Below the pieces are notes generated by a model, which searched no databases, was not told the origin of the DNA, and saw only the letters and a program-made list of their open reading frames with translations. The translations under genes and the position numbers were made by a program. A DNA stretch of 64,000 nt from an uncultured Nitrososphaerota archaeon (GTDB lineage: Archaea > Thermoproteota > Nitrososphaeria > Conexivisphaerales > DTJL01): positions 194,684 to 258,683 of the forward strand of contig CAWJIE010000003.1 of assembly GCA_963842885.1 (NCBI GenBank), read 5' to 3'. The stretch's first letter is position 1, and every line of letters starts with the position of its first letter. Shown one piece after another: positions 28,033-35,821 of the stretch.

Positions 28033-28593
28033 CTATTTCATCTTCTTCCAAGCTTGCAGGGCGGCTTCGTATGCCTTCTGCAAAGTGTATGCGCAGAGAG
28101 TGAAGCCCAGCTCGTTGGGCGAAACAGCCTTGTCGAGCGGCTGCCCTATCATCCTGAGAGCGAGGAGGGGGATGTCCGGGCATCCTCCACCAGATATGTT
28201 CACGATGACGCCCGTGGCCTTCTCGAACGTAAGCTTCATGTTCCCGACGCGGATCATCAGGTACTTCCCGAAGTCGACCTTCTTGACAAGTTTGCTGACC
28301 TGAAGCGGAGGGAGGTCGCCTTCGGATGCGAACACGACATCGAGTATGGGTATCCCGTCCGCCCTGAGCACCTTCTCTGCGGCGTTGACCTGGTTGCTGG
28401 GGACTGACATGGCGATGTCGCAGCCCGTCCTGACTTCAGGAGGTGGGGCGCCGGCCTTGGTATCGAGACCGGCTCGCTTGAGGACATGCTCGGCCCTCAT
28501 GGCATCCCTGAAAAGCTCGAAGAGGAAGAGAGACCTGGAGAGGCCGTATTGATCGGTCCGCTTATGCGGGGAAGACAACGCGTCGCTCGACAC
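28033..28593 (-). CDS. DUF3343 (putative Se/S-carrier-like) domain protein with an extra C-terminal Cys domain
   Basis: 186 aa; LFLFELFRDAMRAEHVLKRAGLD..PPPEVRTGCDIAMSV fits DUF3343. The C-terminal half has NISGGGCPDIP. Confidence 0.55.
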   Translation of the reverse strand: MSSDALSSPHKRTDQYGLSRSLFLFELFRDAMRAEHVLKRAGLDTKAGAPPPEVRTGCDIAMSVPSNQVNAAEKVLRADGIPILDVVFASEGDLPPLQVSKLVKKVDFGKYLMIRVGNMKLTFEKATGVIVNISGGGCPDIPLLALRMIGQPLDKAVSPNELGFTLCAYTLQKAYEAALQAWKKMK

Positions 28594-28725
28594 ATCATCG
28601 ACACCGTATGATATAATCGTTTGACTCGTCCGATACGCAATTCGTATTTATTCTATCTATCATGCTACAGATGCCTGGTTCCGCCCTGTGCACGCAGCCC
28701 AGTCCGGGTTGTGACTGAACCCGAA

Positions 28726-29206
28726 CTATGCCATCTTTGCGGTCTCCGAATCCAATCCCTCAAGCGTCTCGGCCAGCTTCTTGACGGCGACGACGACCTC
28801 AGGCGTGGGCTTCCCCTTCATCTTCCTGACTTGGACCCCTAGCGAGCATGATTCTGGTGCCCTCCAGCTCAGAGGCGATTACATGCGCCAGCACGGACAA
28901 CGGGAACTTGTGCACCAGAAAGAACTTGGTCTCCTGTCTCAGAAGGTCCTCCAGCACCAATTCGCCCGGCGCCAGGTTCCTGTCGACGGCATTGACCATC
29001 AGTATGACTTCAGGCCGGGCCTCCAAGACGTTAGGGACGAACTTCTCTGGCGCCGTTTCGCAGAGGAGTGCCCTGATGTTCACTAGGTGTCTGTGGACCT
29101 TTCTAAAAAGAAGAGGGCCAGCGACGTCGTCTCCGAAGTCGCTGCCTACGCACATCATCAAGGTTCGCCGGCCCTTTATAAGCCGGCGAATCTCTGCTGG
29201 GTCCAT
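28726..29206 (-). CDS. [NiFe]-hydrogenase maturation endopeptidase; apparent frameshift near 28838-28848
   Basis: LMMCVGSDFGDDVAGPLL, ILMVNAVDRNLAPGE, then GVQVRKMKGKPTPEVVVAVKKLAETL in the next frame. Confidence 0.7.
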
Positions 29207-29219
29207 TAGTGAGCTACGG

Positions 29220-30087
29220 TCAGGCGGTCTGGGCGGCCGGGGCTATTTGCTTTGCGTCCTTCAGCATCGCGTTGTACATGCCGACGAAGTTGAACGAGAA
29301 CGGGCAGACCCCTGCGCATAGGTTGCATTGGGTGCAGGTAGCCATCTGTTCCGAGACGTACTTCACCTCGGTCGGCGTCAGCCCCCTGCTCCTCTGTATC
29401 TGGTAGTACTTCCTCAGCTTCAGCACGGGCGCCTCCATTGGGTCGTGGTTGAAAGCTTCGTAGGTGGGGCATACCTCCACGCATCTCCCGCACCTTCCGC
29501 AGGCGGACGCGAAGGCGAGCATGTTGGTGCCAGTGTCGGCCTTTGTGACCCTCCAGTACAGGGTGGCGATGCCGTGCCTTACGGCCCCTCCTGCGAAGAA
29601 GGAGACCACCAGCCACACGTATATCAGCAGCAGGTGGAGCGTGCCGAAGTAGGCGTAGGCGGGTGTCCCGAAGCTCGACTAGCGACACGAAGCCGAAGAC
29701 CTCGATTGCCTGCACGAGGCCGACGACCGCGATGGGCACAAGGAACACCAGATCGACGAAGAACACCTTGCCATAGGCGACCCTGAAGAAGGGGTTCCTC
29801 ATGTATCGGAGCACCAGCCCGATCCCACCCGCGATGATGAGGATGCCGGTGATGCCGTGTATCCAGGAGAGGAGCCATCCGTAGCCTCCAAACACGTCGG
29901 CCGTGCCGGCGAGCAGGAAGGGGACCTCCATCACGAGACCCGTGATTATGTTGCCCCAGAGGCCGAGATGAAATACGAAGTCGCTCAGACCGACCGTGAA
30001 GCTTCTCGAGAAGAGGAGCGACAGGAGCCCTGGTTTCTGGGCGTGCAGCGAAGACAGTTTGTACTTCTGTTCCTTGCTCTTTGCCAT
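29220..30087 (-). CDS. Membrane di-haem-b-like (NarI/DsrM/HdrE-type) subunit fused to a 2x[4Fe-4S] (HdrC-like) domain; apparent frameshift near 29668-29672
   Basis: Four His in predicted TM helices (FVFHLG, SWIHGI, GTLHLL, AVRHGI). C-terminal CGRCGRCVEVCP and CTQCNLCAGVCP. No CCG-type domain seen. Confidence 0.6.
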
Positions 30088-30088
30088 T

Positions 30089-31012
30089 CTACTTCACCAC
30101 TTTCTCCTCTTTCTTGACGACCATCGGCGTCTCTTCCTTCCTGTTGTCGCGCCATCTGAGCGCGAAGAATGCCACTCCAGCCAGCAGAGGGATCCATGCG
30201 AGCCTCACCCACTGTTCGGCCGTCGAGAAGAGCTTGTTCTGGGCTGGGTAGGCGGACTTCACCACCGTGACCTCGGGCGTGGTGGACATTGTCTTGAATT
30301 CGTCGGCCGTAAGGACGTAGAAGGTTGACGTGTCGTTCTGGTAGAGCATCGTCGCGCCGTTGCCCAGTGCTGTGACCACATCTTGTCCGGTCGAAACCAT
30401 TTCGCTGCACGAACCCCAGTTCTTGGCGGTGGTGGTGAGGTTCGCGGCCTGGAGAGTCATGGCCGTCGGTCCCCCGCCGGGGCAGACCTGTACGCAGAAG
30501 GGCTGGTGGTGCCGTCCTCCGTGAAGTTGACGCAATGGTCGCACTTCAGGATCTTCTTGTTGACGTTGTCTGTGGTTATCGAGCCGAATGGGCAGACCGA
30601 CGTGCAAAGGAAGCAGCCGATGCACCTGTCCTTGTCATAGGACACCGTGCCCGACGGCAGTTGGGTCAGCGCGTGCGTCTGGCAGACGGTGGCGCAGGGT
30701 GCGTCGTTGCAGTGGAGGCAGTTCTCTGGAATGGGCAATGTGCCGTTAGGGCCTGGCGTGGCGACCCTGGTGTAGGCGTTGCTTGACGGGGTATTTTCTG
30801 ACAGTGCTCAGGTCTGGCTTCGTCATGCCGCTGTGGTACTGGTTGCAGGCTTCGACGCAATGGTCGCACCCGATGCAGTTCCCCACGACGATCAGCATGG
30901 CCCTCTTGGGTGTGTTGGCTTGGACCAGCTTCGGCGCCATGGCCGCCGTGACCACGACGAGGCTGCCGCCTGCGGCCGCGGTCTTCATGAAGGTCCTTCT
31001 ATCCATGTTCAT
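30089..31012 (-). CDS. Tat-signal 4x[4Fe-4S] HybA/DmsB/DsrO-like ferredoxin with C-terminal membrane anchor; two apparent frameshifts
   Basis: MNMDRRTFMKTAAAGG (twin-arginine motif). CIGCDHCVEAC, CLHCNDAPCATVC, CIGCFLCTSVCP and CDHC..CVQVCP. C-terminal LAWIPLLAGVAFFALRW helix. Pieces lie in three frames (shifts near 30745-30790 and 30495-30510). Confidence 0.7.
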
Positions 31013-31013
31013 C

Positions 31014-32428
31014 CTAATTCCCTCCAATAACCCGTTTCACCTTGCCATCCTCGTCCATCAGCTCGACCTTCAGGGCTTTCTCGAGGTGCGTAGCGCACGA
31101 GATGCACGGGTCGTAGGCTCTGATGACCAGGCCCACTTCATGCCATAGGTTGTCCTCGTTGACCTTCCCTGGGCTGACGTTCCGGTTCGCCGCGCTCCAG
31201 AGCGAAGCCTCGAAACCGTTGGCGTTGACGACGGTGGGCGTGATTATGTTGGCCTTGGTGATGTAGCCCTCGTCATTCCACTTGTAGTTGTGGATGACCG
31301 TTCCCCTTGCCGCCTCGCAGCAGCCGGCTCCTTCACCGGCCTTCATCTTGAAGGGGGTCTTGAGCTCTCCCTGGGTGATCGATGTGTCCGAGAGCAGCTG
31401 CTCGAGCCTTTCAGCGGCGTACACCAGGCAGACGTACCTGGCGAGGTTGTACTGCAGGGTCCCATGAACCGGGGAGCCGTACTTGCCCCTCAGTTCCTTG
31501 AGGAGCTTGTCGGCCATGTCGGTGCCGGCGCTCTTGGCTACGTTGACGCGAGCCAGAGGTCCGGTGCGGATGAAGGCCCTGTCCTTCTGCTGTCCCTTCA
31601 CCGTGACGCTCTTTCCGTAGGAGTATTCGCAGGGGTTCCTCCGCTATCTGGTTCATGTAGTCGGAGATCTTGAACTCGGAGATCTTGGCGCCCGCCTTGT
31701 CGATGATGGTGATGTCCCCCTTGTAGAAGCTGATGTTCCCTGCGTCGCTCATCGCCATGTAGCCTGACTCCACCTTGCCGAGTTCGATGTTGTCGTCCAC
31801 GAACTTCTGCAGCACCGGGGCGATGGCGGCGTCGTACCAGCCTATGACGTTCTTCTTCGCCTCCAGGACGTAGCCGAGGAGCTTCTTCCTAGTTTCCTCG
31901 TCGATTCCCCTGTTGAACCCGCCTGGGACGGCGGTCATCGGGATGGACGGCCTGAACGCCGATGGTCTCGATTATCTTCTGGCCCACCGCACGCGTGTAA
32001 ACGACCTGCTTGGCGACCTCGGGGAACTTCCTGTAGACCCCTATGATGTCGCGCTGCTTGAAGGGTAGCTCCGGGAGCAGGTAGTCGGGCCCCGCCAGTA
32101 TGAACAGATGCAGCGTGTGGTCGCCGAGTATCTCGCCCATCAGCATAAGCTCCCTGAGCTTCTCCGCCCGCTCTGGTATCTCGAGGCCAAGGCCGTTGTC
32201 GATGGCCTTGGCGCTGGCCAGGTGGTGGGGGATCGGGCAGACCCCGCAGATTCTGGTCACGATTATGGGGGCCCTGTGGACGAGCCTTCCTTCCAGGAAT
32301 CGCTCGAAGCCCCTGAACTCGGCAAAGTCTGCCATAGTCTTCGTGACCTTGCCCTTCTGATCTAGCTGCACCTTGACGTTAAGGTGCCCTTCGATTCTTG
32401 TTACCGGATCGATTTCAATTTGACTCAA
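31014..32428 (-). CDS. [NiFe]-hydrogenase large subunit (about 470 aa); two apparent frameshifts
   Basis: VTRIEGH, RICGVCPIPHH and DPCISCATH followed by a 23-aa C-terminal extension. Three ORF pieces joined at about 31938-31941 and 31632-31635 (C/G runs). Confidence 0.85.
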
Positions 32429-32434
32429 GTCTTG

Positions 32435-32914
32435 CTAACCTCCCAGTAGTTCGCTCAACAGCTCCTTGATTACCGGTCCCGGAGGGGGGCATCCAGGTAT
32501 CACATAGTCGACCTTGACGTGCTTGGAAAGTGGTTCCAGCTTGTCGAGGATCTCAGCGCCCTGGGTGGGCGCCTTGCCATCGTAGGCCGCTGTCAACAGC
32601 TCCTCGTTGGTACTCAGGTTCGCCAGACCGGCCAGCCCGCCGGTGCTCGGGCAGGTCCCGAACGAAACGAGGATCTTCGACTTCTTCCTTGCCGCTTGAA
32701 CTCTCTCCAATTCATGCTTAGTCCGCACCACGCCTATCACGAAGGTGACGTCTGCCTGGTCATAATCGATGGCGCTAGCCAAGACGGGTGCATAGACAAG
32801 ATCGACGCTCTTGTCTAACACCTTCAGCAGGCCGACGCCAAGATCAGCCAAAGCTATTTCACATCCTCCGCAGATAGCACAGTCTTCGATTGCGAGTTTT
32901 GCTTTAGCCGCCAT
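32435..32914 (-). CDS. [NiFe]-hydrogenase small subunit, minimal form (159 aa, proximal cluster only, no Tat signal)
   Basis: CAICGGCE, FGTCPSTGG and IPGCPP. N-terminus MAAKAKLAIED lacks a twin-arginine. Confidence 0.8.
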   Translation of the reverse strand: MAAKAKLAIEDCAICGGCEIALADLGVGLLKVLDKSVDLVYAPVLASAIDYDQADVTFVIGVVRTKHELERVQAARKKSKILVSFGTCPSTGGLAGLANLSTNEELLTAAYDGKAPTQGAEILDKLEPLSKHVKVDYVIPGCPPPGPVIKELLSELLGG

Positions 32915-33121
32915 AGCCTATAACTCAACCTATGAGTCGTTGTTACTCTAATAAGTCTAACCTACTGGTAATAATTACAGACTCTGGGTGAATGAAGAAG
33001 AACGTAGTGTAATTATAGCAAGCGTATAGCGATTAAATTCCTTCAAGCCCTTCAGGCTGCAACAGGCTCCCGAGGCATCCGCAAAGGCTTAAAGCCGTTA
33101 AAGGGGACGTGAGCTACACCG

Positions 33122-33673
33122 ATGCAATCGTTCAAGGTCATCGTTCTGTCTTCGGCCGGAGTGGCCATCGCCCTCCTTCTATCCCACTACACGATGACGT
33201 ATCAATTCGGCGTGTTGGTGGCCCTGCCGCAGCTGGGCGTATTCCTTGCTGCCGGGGCAGGCGGGCCCATATGGGGTCTGCTCGCAGGAGCGGCAGGAGG
33301 GCTGGGGCTCTATTACGGTCATTCTGACACCACGTGGCTGACCGTCTTGACCCTGACTGGGCTTACAGCAGGGCTCTTGTCCACCAAGTTCAGACCGACG
33401 GCGGCGGCCTTCGTGTCGTGGTTGACGGTGGGCCTGGTAGCCTCGTATGTCATCTACGCGCAGAACGGCCAGCCCAGCCAAGCCTTCTACTCCTGGCTCG
33501 CGACCTTCTCCTACGAGGTCGTGATATCGGCCACCGTCGTGGATGTACTGCTGTCGCTGTTTCGCGTGAGCAGAATAAAACAGAAAAAGGTTGAAAGCAG
33601 TGAAGTGGCGGCAGGCTCAGAAGCTCAGACAGAGGTCGGCCTCTATCATACGCCTGCTAATCTCGGCCCTTGA
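33122..33673 (+). CDS. Hypothetical polytopic membrane protein
   Basis: 183 aa, about five hydrophobic segments, Gly/Ala-rich helices. Divergent from the hydrogenase operon across an AT-rich spacer. Confidence 0.45.
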   Translation: MQSFKVIVLSSAGVAIALLLSHYTMTYQFGVLVALPQLGVFLAAGAGGPIWGLLAGAAGGLGLYYGHSDTTWLTVLTLTGLTAGLLSTKFRPTAAAFVSWLTVGLVASYVIYAQNGQPSQAFYSWLATFSYEVVISATVVDVLLSLFRVSRIKQKKVESSEVAAGSEAQTEVGLYHTPANLGP

Positions 33674-33967
33674 AGCGATGGCGAAGTCGTCTGCGAGGAG
33701 CTTGGGGTCAATCCCCTCCTCCCTGAGGGATTCCTCTTCGACGAGGAACTTCTTCCCTCCTTCGTCAGGGAAGAACTCGAGGAACTTCAAGGCGTATTCC
33801 CTGTCAACCCCCTTGACGGCGCAGCGAGCCCCCTTCCCCACGAAGGCTGCTGTCACCGTGTGGTTCTCATCGCCGCTAAGCATTCCAGCTGAGACCCTAA
33901 GCCCTTCCACGAAATAGGCACTGCTTACAGGAGGACGGAGGAACAGGACGAGGATGTTCTTGGACAA
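33617..33967 (-). CDS. DsrF/TusC-like protein
   Basis: 116 aa; ILVLFLRPPVSSAYFVEGLRV..AAFVGKGARC and C-terminal DLCLSF; DsrE/F-fold pattern. Confidence 0.6.
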   Translation of the reverse strand: MSKNILVLFLRPPVSSAYFVEGLRVSAGMLSGDENHTVTAAFVGKGARCAVKGVDREYALKFLEFFPDEGGKKFLVEEESLREEGIDPKLLADDFAIASRAEISRRMIEADLCLSF

Positions 33968-33979
33968 TTCTCGAGCCCC

Positions 33980-34240
33980 CTAGAGGAAGTTCACGACCTT
34001 GTCGGTCTCCATCATGCCGACCAAGTCGTCGAAGCCGATCGGATGGGCACCACTGGGGAAGGAGTCCCCAAGGCCACGGCGCGCAGCGTCGTCGCGGATG
34101 TAGTACACCTCTCCCTTGAAAGCACCTCTCTTTGCGACGTAGACTCCGTCCTGGAGCAAGACAACTCGGGCTCCCGGGTCGTTGGCAGCGTACGCAAAGG
34201 CCAGGTTCGCGAAAGGCTCGTCGATTAGATACAAAGTCAA
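33980..34240 (-). CDS. DsrH/TusB-like protein
   Basis: 86 aa; VVLLQDGVYVA..VYYIRDDAARRGL pattern. Confidence 0.6.
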   Translation of the reverse strand: MTLYLIDEPFANLAFAYAANDPGARVVLLQDGVYVAKRGAFKGEVYYIRDDAARRGLGDSFPSGAHPIGFDDLVGMMETDKVVNFL

Positions 34241-34253
34241 TCCACATCTCTTC

Positions 34254-34631
34254 CTATATCGTTATCAGTCTGCCACACTTGCTGGCCATGCCTGAGACGA
34301 AAGCGACGCTCACGATCTTCACGCCCTTGTAGTAGTCCTTCCCCTCGTCGAGCCCTCGGTTGTAGCTGCAGACCTCGCAGGCGTATATCTCGGCCCCCTT
34401 GGCCAACAGCGCCTTAAAGGAGTCCATGGGTAGCCTCTGCAGCACGGGAAACACCTGCGTCCCCAGAGCGTTGTAGATGCCGTCCAAGAACAGGAAGAAG
34501 GTGACCTTGTGTGATCTGTTCAAGGCGGCATCGGCGATCTTGCAGGCCGTGTCCCATCTTTGAGTCTGATACGGTCCTCCTGTCAGTATAATCCCAATGT
34601 CGGTCAATCTGAGTCTGTTGGACAGGGGCAT
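34254..34631 (-). CDS. DsrE/TusD-like sulfurtransferase
   Basis: 125 aa; IGIILTGGPY, VTFFLFLDGIY and IYACEVCSYNRGL (conserved Cys position). Confidence 0.65.
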   Translation of the reverse strand: MPLSNRLRLTDIGIILTGGPYQTQRWDTACKIADAALNRSHKVTFFLFLDGIYNALGTQVFPVLQRLPMDSFKALLAKGAEIYACEVCSYNRGLDEGKDYYKGVKIVSVAFVSGMASKCGRLITI

Positions 34632-34909
34632 GAATTAAACCTTTTTGTTTACGTATGGCGGCCGAAGGCCCTTCGTGAGCTGTCTTCTGAAAGTACTTGC
34701 CTACGTCGAGCGAATCTTTGATATCAGCCATGTGTAGATGAGGCGCTGCCAAACCCACGACGCCGCCGGCCAGTGGTCGACGTGTGTTGACTTACCAAGA
34801 GCGTGGGTTATAGGGCGAACAGAAAGCGGAGAGTTCGGTTGTTCTCTCCGTCAACAGGCTGTCTTCTGCTCCTCTCTCTGCCGTCAAAAGGCCACCATGT
34901 CAGTCAAAT

Positions 34910-35117
34910 GACACGTTTTTTCACGTCTGGAAACGACGGCAAAACACGTCAGACCGGGGCATCACACGCCAGTGAGTCGTCGGCTTCATCTCACACTTCA
35001 GGGGGTAATCCCTTGATCTATGTTGACCAACATAATGCCAGAGTCAGCGGACGATCGAGGAGCCGACGTGTCAGGGCACACGCCACAAGACCGCGGCGAC
35101 GTGTCTGACGTGTCCCC
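34910..35117. repeat. Cluster of short ACGTGTC/GACACGT motif copies in a 500-nt non-coding spacer
   Basis: GACACGT at 34910-16. ACACGTCAGA at 34944-53 (reverse complement of TCTGACGTGT). CGACGTGTCAG at 35064-74. CGACGTGTCTGACGTGTCC at 35097-115. CACACGCC occurs twice (34963-70, 35077-84). Confidence 0.5.
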
Positions 35118-35149
35118 AAGCGGAGTTCTGACTCGCATTTCTGAAGCGA

Positions 35150-35227
35150 TGGTGCGAGGCGCGGGATTTGGACCCGCGTTGCCACCTTGGGAGGGTGACG
35201 TCCTGGACTAGGCTAGACCAGCCTCGC
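35150..35227 (-). tRNA. tRNA-Gly (anticodon CCC), CCA encoded
   Basis: Manual fold: acceptor GCGAGGC/GCCTCGC. D stem GTCT/GGAC. Anticodon stem TCACC/GGTGG with loop CTCCCAA. T stem GCGGG/CCCGC with loop TCCAAAT. Discriminator A, then CCA. Confidence 0.85.
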
Positions 35228-35260
35228 CCACCGGAGCTATCGGTTCCGCGTATTTTACCT

Positions 35261-35821
35261 TTAGTCTCTGCGTGAAAGGGGGCCATCGGAGGGCGACTCA
35301 TCGGCAGAACCTCCGGCGCCCTTTCCTTCGCTTGCAGCGTTCATCCTAGAAACCACTTCCTCCACATACTCCAAGGTGACGACGCCAGAATTGATCAAGT
35401 TGGTGAGAGCGTTGGCCGACGCGACACCGGTCACCCTTCCGGAGGACCCCCCGATCTGCCTCCAACGAAGCTTCGTATTGCCGCTCTTGGATTCGTATAT
35501 CACTCCGAGGACGTCTCTGGCGTCGACGAAATCGATGTCCCTAATCTTCTTCAGGCTAGCCTTGTCCGTGGCCTCCACATAGATGGCCCCCTGACCGATG
35601 TCACGTTCAGGGAAGACCTGAGAATCGTGGAAGTAGCTCTCAGGAATATAGGACCGGCAGGTGCTGTAAATGAGGAACATCCTAAACCTCTCTAGAGTGG
35701 CTTCAATGCTAATCTCGACCATGGATGTGCCACTTACAGCCCTTAACCTAGGTAAGTCAAGTAGATAACGGCTATGCCGTCGCATGAACAGGGTAGGATT
35801 CCAGCAGTCCAATCGAGTCAC
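35261..35821 (-). CDS. Hypothetical protein (alternative start at Met-34, position 35722)
   Basis: ORF track only; no recognisable motif. Overlaps the sfsA stop by 4 nt if the long form is real. Confidence 0.35.
   Translation of the reverse strand: MTRLDCWNPTLFMRRHSRYLLDLPRLRAVSGTSMVEISIEATLERFRMFLIYSTCRSYIPESYFHDSQVFPERDIGQGAIYVEATDKASLKKIRDIDFVDARDVLGVIYESKSGNTKLRWRQIGGSSGRVTGVASANALTNLINSGVVTLEYVEEVVSRMNAASEGKGAGGSADESPSDGPLSRRD

Noticed and set aside
31014-32428. Selenocysteine-containing [NiFeSe] hydrogenase
   Set aside because: The C-terminal motif is DPCISCATH with Cys codons. The internal stops are explained by frame changes, not by in-frame TGA at the conserved Cys.
34803-35108. 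101-aa ORF in the motif-rich spacer
   Set aside because: The product is Arg/Ser-rich low complexity. It has no start context and overlaps the repeated DNA motifs.
34632-35149. RNase P RNA or SRP RNA in the long spacer
   Set aside because: The conserved GGAAAGUCC-type (RNase P) and SRP helix-8 motifs are absent. Only a vague ACAGAAAGCGG resemblance was seen.
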